A stretch of 64,000 nt of DNA from Raillietiella orientalis (Eukaryota). Below are positions 23,601-35,400 of this stretch, piece by piece. The notes under the pieces were generated by a model, which searched no databases, was not told the origin of the DNA, and worked only from the letters and a program-made list of their open reading frames with translations. How positions within the stretch are numbered: the first letter of the stretch is position 1; the number at the start of each line of letters is the position of its first letter. The DNA is taken from positions 186,001-250,000 of the forward strand of contig JAYWIR010000093.1 in the NCBI GenBank assembly GCA_036172245.1, given 5' to 3'. A program made the position numbers and the translations under genes.

Positions 23601-24180
23601 GCCTCAGTCCACTGCTCGGAGAAAGCGGGTCGGCTAGCGCGAACAAAGCCGCAGAGGGGAGGCAAGGCGCCCCGGGGCGCATCACGCGATCCCGGGCGCA
23701 GGTCAGAGCCTCGCACCGACCCCATGGCGACTCGTCACCAAGCCGACCGCGACGCGGATACCGTGACGGCCTCCGGATCACCTTCGGCCAGCGCGCGGCG
23801 TAGTCGCCGCCGCAGGGGCTCCTTTCTAAGGCCGCCCCCACTTTGCAGGAGGGGACTGCCGTTCGTCACTCCGGGGCTGCCCTTCGTGCCCGCTCTCGCC
23901 GTCCTCATCAACGTGTACCTCATCCTGAAGCTGTCCGTGCTGACGCTGGTCCGCTTCGTCGTTTGGATGACCTTCGGTGAGTCGGGGGCGCCGCTCCGGG
24001 CGCACCCGGGGGTCAGGGCTCGCGGTGTACTTTGGCTACGGCATCAGGAACAGCGCCCTGGAGCTGGAGGGGACGGCGGCAGCAGCACCCCGCGGACAGG
24101 AAGACCGCCGCCACCACGACATTAACCTGAAGCCGTCGGTCAGCCTCGAGAACGGCGAGGTCGCCGTGCTGCGCGGATGA
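5413..24180 (+). CDS. SLC7A14: SLC7A14-like cationic amino acid transporter (APC family), 5'-partial; join(5413..5643,10699..10906,16780..16951,16993..17176,17227..17351,20187..20925,23849..23976,24017..24180)
   Basis: Exons translate to CAT motifs: [81 protein letters not shown]...NVYLILKL and [10 protein letters not shown]. All introns are GT-AG and phases are compatible, except for a 1-nt deficit in the 10699 exon. N-terminal exons were not found and are probably upstream of the window. Confidence 0.9.
5900..7720 (-). mobile_element. Decayed LINE RT relic in a transporter intron
   Basis: RGLAAGCPP (compare RGLRQGCPLS) followed by [13 protein letters not shown] (compare SGLxVNxxKS); limits approximate. 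Confidence 0.4.
8285..9100. repeat. AT-rich, TA-like low-complexity tract
   Basis: Dominated by TATA/CATA/TATG runs. Confidence 0.85.
9100..9900 (+). mobile_element. LINE 3' relic (RT thumb to zf-RVT-like region)
   Basis: LLWKAPRTK...[14 protein letters not shown] and PWQAL...FRLPVNA...PDCP. Confidence 0.4.
9960..10495 (+). repeat. Dispersed repeat family X, copy 1
   Basis: Shares cagctccattt, atctgtgaacccaggaaggct and cctggttgtcaccaga...gaggcaaccctcca with 22560-23170. Confidence 0.75.
10699..10906 (+). CDS. SLC7A14: SLC7A14-like exon (GKPPDF/LAFGIT...LPYGWSG) with apparent 1-nt deletion near 10715
   Basis: cgttccAG acceptor and GTgagt donor at 10907. KPPDF and [11 protein letters not shown] lie in different frames; 209 nt are needed and 208 are present. 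Confidence 0.88.
12840..13180 (-). repeat. Dispersed repeat family X, inverted partial copy
   Basis: 12967-12988 is the exact reverse complement of 10048-10069 (22 nt), with flanking similarity. Confidence 0.65.
16780..17351 (+). CDS. SLC7A14: Three SLC7A14-like exons (16780-16951, 16993-17176, 17227-17351) split by 41-nt and 50-nt introns
   Basis: Spliced translation is continuous: [10 protein letters not shown]...ITLT/VPYERV...DGLIFR/SLSKV...EMMSI. GT-AG at each boundary. Confidence 0.92.
17600..19400 (-). mobile_element. Possible LINE APE/linker relic
   Basis: [12 protein letters not shown] and [17 protein letters not shown]...NRLLTD resemble the L1 APE C-terminus and linker; weak. Confidence 0.3.
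19424..19625 (+). repeat. Diverged ~105-nt tandem duplication, with a third copy at ~20963-21050
   Basis: cggaaactctt..ctc...ggtcggc...atcacgtgttcctcgcccg...aagac.ggg occurs twice. Confidence 0.75.
20187..20925 (+). CDS. SLC7A14: SLC7A14-like large exon with acidic/Ser-rich cytoplasmic loop and two TM helices
   Basis: ctccctAG acceptor; [20 protein letters not shown]...ALISRRPEN; GTgagg donor at 20926. Confidence 0.92.
21100..22450 (-). mobile_element. Possible LINE RT relic
   Basis: [13 protein letters not shown] resembles the thumb motif LPxxxGGLGL. Confidence 0.3.
22560..23170 (+). repeat. Dispersed repeat family X, copy 3, containing a ~41-nt minisatellite
   Basis: Colinear similarity with copy 1; about six CACCCTGGTTGTC..CAGAAGG-like units at 22915-23165. 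Confidence 0.75.
23849..24180 (+). CDS. SLC7A14: Last two SLC7A14-like exons (23849-23976, 24017-24180), C-terminal permease region
   Basis: [56 protein letters not shown]...; TGA ends at 24180; 40-nt intron. Confidence 0.88.
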
Positions 24181-24214
24181 CGCGCCGCCGTCACCGCCGT
24201 CGCGGGGCGGGCGC

Positions 24215-24220
24215 AATAAA
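24215..24220 (+). promoter_or_regulatory. Candidate polyadenylation signal of the transporter gene
   Basis: AATAAA ~35 nt after the stop codon, in otherwise GC-rich sequence. Confidence 0.55.
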
Positions 24221-24299
24221 AGGACTTGCTCTGCGCACGCGGCATTGTTCTTTACACGTAACGGGCGGAAGGGCGGCCCGGGAACCCGCGCGACGCCAG

Positions 24300-27200
24300 C
24301 CGGGAGCCCTCCTCCCTGATAAGATAGCGGCGCAGGGGCACGCCCGGCTGCCGGCATCCTCTTCGGGGAAGCCGCGTTGCGTCACAAGAGCGCTCCCGTC
24401 GACGTGCGTTCAAGCAAGCAGGCAGCGACCTCCCTCCCTCTCTACCCGCAAGGACGGGGAAGCAGCGGACGCGCGCGCTTCCCTACACCCGGGCACCTGC
24501 GGCGACATCCTGCCCCGGAAGCTGCGAACTCCCCGGCCGCGTGGAAAGTTCGCCCCCTCACCGAGGACGAAAGGACGCCGGGCCGCGTGCGAACCCAAGC
24601 GCCAACAGCGGCCGCCCCCGTGGTCGGCCTCGCCCTTCAGAAATCGACGCCACCCGGCCAATCCACGGACGGAGGCACCTGCACCCGATCGCTAGGCGCC
24701 GCCTGCGCCACCGCTAATTGCTCTCCCCGTGCACGGGCGCCAGGGAAGGATGCCTCCGCCCTGTTCCTTCCAGTCCACGTGGGTGCTGAGGTCCACGGCT
24801 GCGGAAGACGACGGACGAGTTGCCTTCCGGAATACCTCGGCCCGGGACGGGAGAGCGAAGTCTCCACGAAGACCCCAGCCGCGTGTGGCCTCCGGCGGCG
24901 GGATCCACGCACTGGCATGAGCAGAGGGGTCGCAGCACCCGACGGCAGCTCCACGCGGGCGGAACTTCCGGCGGAGGGATCCCCGAAGGACGCCCCATGT
25001 CAACGCCCGGTTAAAAGCAGGTGCCAACGATTCCGCGAGGACCTTCTCCGGCAGCCTCCGCTGGCCGAGGGGATGCACCCGGCGTCCTCGCACCCTTTTG
25101 CAGGCACCGCCCCAACACGCCCGCCATGTGCCGCAGCGAATGCGGCCGGACGCGCCATCAACAGCGACCTTTCCACGTGGATGCCAGCGACGGCTCCGCG
25201 CAGCGCCATGTCCGCCGGGCGTCTTCCGGTCCACACGTGGAAACTCATTGGCCTCCTCCCCTCCAACGAGACGCTCAGCACGGCACACCTTCGCCCCTGC
25301 GATGACACCGGAAGAGCAGGCGCTTCCCGCAGCAGCCGTCCCGAACGCCGGGCAGCGGAATTTTCCAGCCGCCTCGGGCCAGAATTCACTTCGGGCCCGC
25401 ACCCGGGTGACCACGGCTCTGCGGTGCCACGCGGGAGACCCGCCGGCGCCCGCTCCAACTCCGCGTCCAGGCGGAGGAACGCCTCCAGCCGGGACAGCGG
25501 GCCGCTGCATCGCCGTAGCCTCCTCCGCTCCTCGTAGCGTGGCCACCGGCCGCCAGCAAAGAAACGGCCGAGGAGGCGCCAGCGGTGCGTCTGTTCCAGG
25601 CCATCGAACCCTGCATCTATCTCAACCTACAGCGCCCTTCGCCTTCACCCAGTATCCCGCGCCATCGTCTCCGGGCGCCGGCCCATTTCCTCCCACCCAC
25701 CCACGCCCGCCCGGATCCACCTTGGTTTTGCGCCGGTTGTCTCTCCACGCGACGAGCAGCTGTGCGCTTTCGCACGTTGCCACCACCTTACGGCCCTTCC
25801 CTCTGCTTGCCGTTCTTCCCAGCCTCGAAACCCCCAACGCGTAACTATGGTGTCGCAAGGAAATGCCTCCTTTCCCGTGAATGTGATGCGACGACGTGCG
25901 TGCCAAACTCCGGGAAACTTGGCACCTTCTTTCGGCGCTCCACCGGTAGCGATTGCTGCTACTTCTTCTTCTCCCCTTTACCTTTCTTTCTTTGTTTTTT
26001 TTTTTTTTTTTCCTACCCCCGGGAGCCGAATCGCCATGGTTGCGTGGACCCACCGGGCACTCGAAAGGCCGACGGCTCGGAGTCCGACGGACCCATTGCA
26101 GGTCGTTAGGCGGCAACGCGCGCCCGGTGCGACAGCACCCGCACGGAAGGACGGTGCTACCACGTTCTGCCTGCTGTCCGACGCCATCATTACACGCGGT
26201 GTTGCACGACGCGGGCGTGCCCGCTCGGCCACGCACGCGCACATCGCGGTCGGGCGAGCGAATCGCCTCCGTCCACGGGCCGCGTTTGGGTGCAGAAGCG
26301 GACCCCGCCGAAGATGCGGAGGATCTCTCGGGAAGCCGTCGCCAAGCGATCCGTCGCAATTGGCTCGCGCGATCGTGGCTGCTGCAAACATCCCGAGAAG
26401 CGAGGACAGCGTCGTGGGCCAGCAGACGGGAGCGCGGGCAGCGCACCGTTCCCCACGATCTCCGGCAGAGGGAGCGAAGGGCGAGGAGATGGGGCAATCG
26501 TCAGCTTCCACGGAGGGAGGCCCTCCTTTCCACTCCCCCGTTCACGCCTTCCCCCTCCCACATTTGCAGTAAGCACCCACGTCGCAGCGGTCCAAAGTTC
26601 GACTCGTGCTGCCCCTTTGCGCTTCCGCATTCGCTCTCGGCACGCACGACGCCGGCGACGCGCGTCATGCCCTCCGGGCTACGACGACCAATCGCCCCCA
26701 TGAACAAAGAGACGAGAAACGAGGGCAAGCGTTTCCGAGTGCCTCGGGACGCTCCTCTTTGACAGGTGCATCGCCACCCGTGCAATACACGAAAGCGGAG
26801 GCGACCAGCGCGTTTCGCGACCCCTCTCCGTTTGAAGGGAACCGCTGACCTCCAGGCACACGGACGGAAGGGCACGCGGAAGAATACACCGAGCGGAAAT
26901 CTCCGAACCCTCGACGTTCGCGACGCCGCCACTGCGCGTTGGCCCCTTCGGCCGCGTGCACGTTCGCTGAGCGCCGCCTCCTGATGAAAGCCCTGACCAC
27001 CCGCGGAGCGAAAGGTCACGCGGTTCAGACGCCGCCGTGTTCACGCTCCGAGAGTGTGTCAAGCGTCTCCCCCGTGTTTTCGATACGCACGTTCGGCGGC
27101 ACGCGTACCCTCGTCATCGTCGCCTTTGAAGTGCGCACGCCCCAGAAAGCTCTCCGCCTCTTCTGGACAGCAACGCCGCGGGCGTTCCTCTTGGGGGATC

Positions 27201-28600
27201 CCTGCACCCGTCGCATCCCCTTCTGACCACACCCCGACGACGACTCTTCCCCATGCTCTCTATTGGCCACCACCCGTGGGACGTCGACCCTCATCGCCCG
27301 ACATCCGAAGGTGCCCCACACGGCGACAGACATCTGAACTTTCCGCTTCCGCGAGCCAAAGTGCGATGGCAACGCTGCCTTCAGGGAGCACAGAACATGC
27401 GGGAACGTTCGGGAATCGACTTACGTGATGAGAACCCCACGCCGGGCGCGGACAGCCCAAGCGAACCGCGAAGAGCGGTCTCCTCGCGATGGGCCCGTTG
27501 GAAGCAAACGGCACTTTCGACTCACCTTTCCGTTTCCACGTGCCGGATGCAGCGCGCCGGATGCTGCACGTGCGGCGGCGACACACGCCCTGCGCGCACG
27601 CGAGACTTCGCCCTTCCGTGCGGCGCCGAACTTCGCACGCCCCGCACCCGGAAGAAGGGCGGCTTTCGTCCTAGGCATCAGTCCTCCGGCATGAGCGCCA
27701 ACGGCGTGCACGGGGCGTCCCTCGAGGACCACGGGACGAGGTGGGCAACGGGCTCATTACTCGCACGGCGCACCAGCGCGCGCGTCGCCACGGCCAACGA
27801 GGACGCCGTGCCAACAATGCCGGGACGAGGCGCGGACGATCCGATTCCGAGGGGAGGGAGCGCCCGCCCAGCCCGTTTCGAGCCGCGCCGCGCCACCCGC
27901 GCGCGAAACGGCGCTCCCGCGGCGGGCGAGGGGCACCTGCGGGCTTGCCCGAGCACCCCGTCCACTTCCTCCCTGGGCGGAAAGTGGCGAGCGAGCCAGC
28001 TTGCCTCGCTTCGCCCGCAGTCGGCCCGCCCTCCCGGCCTATCTCGCAACGAGCGGCGGAGTTCCTGCCGCCAGACAGTCTCCACCACTCTCCGGCCGCC
28101 CCGCCCCGCCCCTCCGGCCGTGCCGTCAACCCCCAACCAGCCGACGGGGAGGGCGGCCGCGCACGTTTGCCCTCGGCGACGCGCACACGCCGATCGGCGA
28201 GCAGCGCGCTCCCCTCCGCGCCCGCTCTTCCCCGCAGGGCGTTGGCGCTATCCCGCTGCACCTATGCCGACACATAGCTGCCATTCACACTCATCCGAGG
28301 TCGACAGGGCGTCTCACGCCTGCGGGCGCCTCGCAGGCGGAAGTTCCCGTCCTCCCCGGGAGCGGCCCCGGGAGAGGGTGGCCCGACGCACGACTGGCGC
28401 GACCCACCTGGTGGGAGGCACGCCAGGAGACCGGGAGAAGCCGTGCAGCAGGTGCGGAGGCCAAAGACACTCCTTCCTCCGCGTGACGCTGGGGTCGAGA
28501 GGCGCTTCCCGCGACGCGGCCCTTGCCCCCGCCGGCGTGGGCACGCGGAACAGCCGAGGCTTCCCGACGACCTCTTCCTGCATGCATCCGCTCCTATTTA
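24300..28600 (-). mobile_element. Decayed L1/Tx1-like LINE relic G (~4.3 kb)
   Basis: Motifs in order: LRAVGLSSARWV, ERRCQVSRSL, GGISLRHHSYALGVS (YADD position), FHVWTGR, VDWKEQGGGILPWR, PPSVDWP. Confidence 0.5.
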
Positions 28601-30699
28601 TCCAAAGATGCGATTTTGTCTGTTGATCAAAGTCATGTCGCCGTTCCCCACATTGGCTCCATGTGTAGACGACCCGTGTCCTCGTGAGCTGCCGACGCCC
28701 CCTTGCAGACAGTCGCCTGCGGCGTCGGCCCTTCCCGAACTCCCAGGTCCGAAGCGGGGGGACGGAGAGGGAGGAGGCTGCGGAAACTTCGGCGCTCTAC
28801 GCCGCGCAGAGTCTTCGCGCGAGCTACGCGGGGCAGGAAGAAGAGGCGCATCTCCTGGCAACGGACGGGGAGGTCAGCTCGGGCCGCGCTCCCGCGGGGC
28901 GAAGGGAAGGCTCAGCAAGACTCGGGCGCCGCTCCCGAGACAGCGCCCCCGGCGGCTCCGCTTCGAACCAAACAGAACTGCTGCGACGCCCGTCTTTCCC
29001 CGGCCTCTGCGCTCTTGCAGCTTCCCTGCATGCACACCCGCCGGAAATAGGTCGCGCGCCGCCCCGCCTTCCCCGCCCGGGATGACCGCACTTTGAGGAC
29101 GACCACCCACGGGCTCGACCGGGCGATCGGGGCGGCCGCCGCATGCCCTGAGGCACCGAGCGGTCGCCTCGGCCGAGGGGCGCGAGCGAGGATCTCCTCA
29201 TGAAACGGCCCCGCGATGGGGGCCTTCCTCCTGGGCAAGCGGGGCAAGGCGACGACGTGGGACGCGCCTGCGCGGCCTCGTCACCCGGCCGGCGCGCGAT
29301 GCGGTCCGCGCCCGGCGTGACGTCACACCGGACACCGTCCTCGGGCGGAAGCCGGTCCGCGTGGCCCGGGCAGGATGACCAGCGTGCAGGCAAGGGCTGC
29401 CCCTTTCCCCATCGCACGGCGCACATCTCGACGCACGTCCACGCGACTTCTTATACACGCCAACACGGACGCACTTCTGTATGCATTTCTGTGCATTCTA
29501 AGCGTTGCAGCAAATTCCTTTTCATGCGTTCATTATGTACATGCCAGTATGCGTACGAACACGTGAATTCACAAACACATGTTCGTGTACATTGCAAAGT
29601 TCGTATACAGGAGATGCATGGGAGCACTGTGCATACCGATGTGCGTGGTTTCGTACACCACTCCATTCGAACGTGCGTATTTACTGACAGAATCGATAAT
29701 AGGCATTGACGTACGTTACGAACCTGCGTCGAAAGCGAAGATTGGAAACACGCGTTTCCTATGTATGTGGGTTCTTATTTATCCGTATGGGCGATGTATC
29801 GAAATGAAGCTGCCGAAACGCATCGAATTGTGAACGCGCGCCCGGGCTCGATCGATCGCAATGCAGACATTCGCCATGCACGGAGGCAGCGCCATCTCTT
29901 GAGCGGACGGAGCGGCGAACGGCTGGAATTTCCTGCTCCTCCTTTCCGTTCATATGAGACTTTGGCATTGCGCTTGCAGCCACCCCTTTTTACCTGCCAC
30001 CGTTCCACGCCCATTTCGGGCACGCTGACCACGTATACGTGACTGTATCTAGCAAGTACGTATACACTGACTCGTTCACGGCCGCGGTCCTGATGCGGGT
30101 GGAGGCTGCGCGCGACGGTCCACGTGCCGCGCGGAGGGGGCGAAGGGACGAGTCGGAACAGCAGACAGGCGACCGCCGAAGGACCGACGTGGGACCACAC
30201 CCCGCACAAGCGACCTACGCGACACCGAAGCGCGACCCCCAGCGAGGGAGCACTCCCCATTCCGTTTCCGCCCGGCGGATCACCTGTGACGTCATCTCCC
30301 GCCTCAGCGCAGCTTCCATGTCGTCCCCGGTCCGGTCGCGCGCCGACGTGCTGAGCCGACCGCGGACTCCACGCCAACCGCTGTCGCCGGTGGTAACGGA
30401 AGAGCTGCGCTTCCAGACTCCCTGGCCGACACGGCCTCACCCTCCGCGCGCGCGGTACCGCCTCGCCGCGTCGCCCGGGTAACTCCCCGAGACCAAGAGG
30501 CAGAAGGAAACAGGGCCGAGCTGGATTTCCCGATGAAGGCCGCAGGGGAGCCAACGACGGCTGGACGCCGCGACGACTACTGCGCACTCCGAAAGGACGC
30601 GCGACTAGACCGGCAACCTGGAAGGTCCGAGGGAGGGATCTCCCCTTCGCCTACCGGGACGTAGCCGGGTTCACCCAAGCCAGCGAGGCGGGCGGTCAC

Positions 30700-33600
30700 C
30701 CGGCGAGGGCGCGAGGAAGAGACCGGCGTGCAGAGAGAGACCGGGAAGCGGAAGTCCCCCCGCGTCCTCGCGCCCTCAGCAGCGACAGCAGGACCGAGGG
30801 ACGCCTCGGGCGATTCAGGGCCACGTCGTGACGCCCGTCCGCTACAAGGAACGCACCTTGGTGACCCGCTTCTCCAGGTCGGATCTTCGGGAAGAGCACG
30901 GCCGCCACGCGCGACCTCGGTTGATTCCCACTCACGCGGGACGGATACTCAGCCAGCGGCAACATCCTCATCCGATGGGACAAGGCGAAGGGAGGACACG
31001 CCCACGGGGCACGGCAATCGTCCGGAGAGCTGATGCGCACCCACGGATGCATCCCGCGCGTCCCTCGGGAGAATCCCCGAGTGGACACGCCGGCGCGTCC
31101 CTCGAGAAGCGTCCGCGAGCTCGCCCCGGGCACCCGAAGTCGACCTCCGCGCCGCGCGTCGCTTCGTCCTCTCCAGGCGACGGCGGGTGGGAACATTCCG
31201 GTCGGACCTTTCCGAGTGTAGCGCCCGAGGGGAGGGCGTGCGGGAGGTAGCGGAGATCGTCCCGGACATCGCTGCGTGCGCACTAGGCGAAGGAACGCCC
31301 CCGAGTTCCCGGGGAGGGAGTTCCGCGCGCAACCGAGGCGACCCGGAAGCGCCGACCCGCGAACCTGCCGCCCCCACGCTCCCGGCCGGGAGGCAGGGGG
31401 ACAGGGAAGGACGCGCATCCGCCCCGGGAGATGAAAGGATGCTGATAAAGGGGAGTGATGGATGGGATGCTGCGGCGAAGGAAAGTGAAAGCGGAAGTGG
31501 GTCTGGCGGGAGCCCGGTCGACGGAAGGGCGCCACCCGTGCGAGGGGAACGCGCGGCATCCGCAGCGCCCTCGCCCTTCAAGGCACGTAGCGACGCGACG
31601 GGAATGGCGGGAAGCGGCGGGTTTCCCCGCGGAACGTTCCCGGAGGAAAGTGAAAGCGTGCGCCCCCTCCTGGAGAGCATCGCAACGCTGCTTCCGCCCC
31701 GATGCATCACCCTGTCAACCGGCAGGCGCCATGCGCGCGCCTACCCGTCCCCGCGCGCGGACCGCGGCCGACGGAGGCGTGCCGTCCCTCGCGACCCGTC
31801 CGAGTCCGCGTGCGTCCCCGCGCCCGCAACGATCCGCCGCGGGCGCACGCGCGGACGGCGATCCGGAAGGGCCGCCGAGACACGCGTGCGGAGATCCCGC
31901 GGCGCTGACTCCGCCCTTCTCCCGCCGACCCGCTCGGAGACGTCCTCTCGGCCGACCAGCCCAGCCCGCGCGACCTTCTCCGCGACCCGCTCGGCGTTCC
32001 GGCGCGAAATGCCGCTCGGCAAGATGACCGCCGGGAGGAGAACCCACGGACACTCCTTCCGCGCCCTCGACCCCACCCCTTCGATCGCCCAGAAGGAAAA
32101 ACGCCCCGGGGCAGACGGTCTTCTCATCCGCGGCTCCACGCAGAGAAGACACGTCGCCAGGCCAGCCTTCGCATCAGGGCGCCGCCCGCCTGGGGTCTCA
32201 TTCGCCCTTCAGCCGCGCGGCGCGCTGCTGTTGCTCCGCCGCTGCGGCAGAGCCGGCTTCCGTGGGACCGCATCTTCAGCGCCCGCCGCCCGTCGGCTGA
32301 CCCTTCGCCCAAGCAGGCAAGAAGGTCGCGTGGCGAGCGCGGCCGGGACGAGTGTTGGCCCGGGCAACCGCGAGGCTGGGTCGCTGCAGAACCTCCCGCT
32401 CAAGATGGGAGCTTCGGCACGCATCGGGGTCACTCCTTTTTGACCCGCCCTGCACGGTGCGGGAGGAAAACATCCGACCCTACCCGTCCCTCCGACGCCC
32501 GTTGGCGGCGGGGTGACGTCCACCTCGACTCGGGGCGGCGACAACGGTGGAGACTCGAGGTGCGGAACGGAAATCACAGGCCGAAGGCGGAGCCGACCGA
32601 CGAGAGGCGCCTCCGCGGACAAGGAGTCCAGGAGGGGAGCACGGAGCGACCCGGAGGTTCGGTCGGGGCAAGCGCCGCCAGGAAGCAACGTCTCGGACGA
32701 TGAACAGCAGGGAGAGGGGAGGGGCAGCTGAGAGTCCCGTCAGGGCTCGTGGCACTCGGCGCGGACGCCTGAGGCCCTGTCCGGCAGGACCATCTTCGGA
32801 GGCGCTTCCCGGCTGAAGGGTTCTTTTCAACCCGCCAGGAGGAGGAGCACCTGCGGATCTCTTCCGCGCCCCGAGGGGGCGTCATCCTCCTGACCGAATC
32901 GCGCCTACAGCGCCGACCCCCCGGGAAAGCGTGATAGAGCGCCACCGGGAAAAGAAGAGGGGCTGGCGCGGCGCCGAGTAGGCTGCAGAAGGCACCGAAG
33001 CGGCGGGCATCCGTGCCTTCCTTCCCTCCTTCGGCGCGCGCCGAGACGTCCCGCCGCCGCGGCGCACCCCGGGGTAGTCCGATGGCGACGCCTGGCAACG
33101 CGCGAGGCTTTCCCTGACCAAATGGCCCCTCGGCGGTGGGGTCGCTTCGCTCTCCACGACTACTCGTCATCCGCCAGTGTCAAGGGGATGGTCGAGTCCG
33201 CGTCCATGCCGCCCTGGTGAGCCGGCGGCACCGTCCACCTGGAGCCGACAAGCCCGTCGAAAGGTCAGCTCCACGGGAGAGAAGGCGGTGGCGACAAAGG
33301 CGACCAGTTCGGACCGCAGTAGCGTTCGCTGCGAGCAGTTGGCTACCGCTGCCGGTTGTTGGCACCTCGACCGAGGAGGACGCGTTTGTCCGATCGGGGA
33401 CGGCGAATCACTTGAAGGACGAGCGAAGTGGTCGCCCGGCAGGAACAAGGTCGGCCGCCCCGTGGCTCCCCACGACACCCGAGGGACGGAGCGAGGCACG
33501 CGGGCCGCGCCTCCCCGTTCGCAGGCGCCACCCGTTCTCCCGCCTTGCTGGCGGGGTACGCGCGGCGAATTCCGGCCGTCCCTGCCCAGGCAGCGTCTCG

Positions 33601-35400
33601 GGAGCGAGTGACCAACCTTCTCCACGCGGCTCTTGCCCTCGGACGGGAGACCCCGGAGAGGATAGTCGTTCCTCTCCGCGCCTGCGCCCGAGGATGGCGC
33701 CGTTCTACCACCCAGGTGTATTTCTCTGGCACGCCTGCAGCAGCCACCTCCGCCTCGTCGGTTCCGCTCACGCCCAGCCCGCGGTCTCCCGGGCAGACGG
33801 GGACCGCCGCGCGGCGCCTCCTAAGCGACCGCCTCACGGAACACCCGGAAGGCGCCCTCGGCACGCAGATCATCTCCGGGGCAGGGGGCTCCGGGTGAGA
33901 CAGAGGACGTTCACGACCGGGAGTTCCAACTCCCGGAGCGTGCGACTCCCCTCCTTGACGCGGGAGTGGTACCTCCCCGATCAGCTGCATCCGTCGCCGT
34001 CCAGAGAAGACGGAGACGCGGCACCGCACTGCCGCCCACTCCTGGGACGCGACGCAGGCGACGTCGCACGCCAAAAAGCGACTGTTCCTCCACGAAGCGC
34101 GACTACGTCTCCAGGCGACGGCGGGTGGGAGAGCCGACACGCTCTCCTCCCAACGGGCGCACGGCGGGGCCGACCTCGGCCCCTGAGGCACGCTGGAGGG
34201 AAGCGCTCGGGCGACGATTGGCACGTGTCCCTGGAGGCCCACCGCCGCCGTGGGCACCTCCGTCTGCCATGCGCTCCCTCCGGGGTAAGAGCAGGCGCTC
34301 CCGCCGCACGCGTTGCCTGGAAACAAACAAGCAAACACGCCGAACCCTTTCCAATTAGGAAGCGGAAGCCCCAGACGCCTTGCCGGTTAGGGAACGGCGG
34401 GACTCCTTCCTGGTAGAGACGGGTGGAAGACGCCGGTGAGACAGGAAGCGCTTTGTGCCGCATCGCGTCGCGACGGCAGGCTTCGCGCCTACAGTGTTCG
34501 CGGAGATGACCACCACTCTCACAGGTCACCGCTGAGAGACCGCGCACACGCGCGCTTCGCTTGCAGTACCGTCGGCGTCGTACGGGGAGCACCGGGAACG
34601 CTACCGCGACCCTCCCCTTTCCCCCCCACCAGCGGCAGCGCTTTCCGGCCCTCCGCCGGAACTGCGCATACCTTCGTCACGCCGCGCGTTGCCGTCCGCA
34701 TCCGGCACGGCGTTTCCCCGCACGCAGGGGCGGATTCTTCCCGCCGGAGAAGAGGCACCCACTCGGCTATGGACGGCATAGAGCCCCGAGCTCACGTGCG
34801 CAAGGGGCTGAGCGCGCCTCAGCACGCCACCGAAGGGGAGGTCTCCAGCGGCACGTGGAGAACCCCTGCGGGCGGAAGACGCCGGCTCCCGGGACCCGTC
34901 CGGCGCTCCTTCCAGGGACGAACGACAAGGAATACCCCGCTCTCCGCCCGACACCATTGGCAGGGGATGCGTGTCCCAGGCGAAGGCGCCTTCCCGACAT
35001 GCCATGGCGACGGCCACCTGCCGAATCGCGCGGGCTCCTCCTCGAGCGCGCTCTCACCTCGCAACGCCCCCGACGGGACACGCAGAGTCCCGCAACGTCC
35101 CCGCGGCTGCAGCTGCTAGCCCGCGCGCCCGGGGGTCGGCGCTTCCGGGACGCCTCGGAACGCGCGCGACTCCTCCCGGGGATCTCCCATCGCTCCGGGA
35201 GCACGTGATGATCTCCAGGAAGTCTCCAGGAGCCGGCGGCGGCGGAGGGAGAGGCCGCGGGCGCAGCATCCCCTCCGTCTCCGCAGCGCCTTCTTCCCGC
35301 AGCTCCCCTTCTCGCGCGGTCGGGCACTTCCCTGGCAGGAACCTTCTGGTGACGTCTTCCGAGGAAATTCGCTTTCGCGATGCGGACAACATGTGATGCA
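30700..35400 (-). mobile_element. Cluster of decayed LINE fragments
   Basis: VILPSGISRRNAERVAEKVARAGLVGR is thumb-like; the PPAVAWR segment occurs twice (31170-31192, 34108-34130). Confidence 0.3.

Noticed and set aside
27253..28626. Long Arg/Pro/Ala-rich ORFs (also 31187-32443, 33136-34416, 44008-45372, 46015-47265)
   Set aside because: Expected from stop-codon scarcity at high GC; no coherent protein or splice structure.
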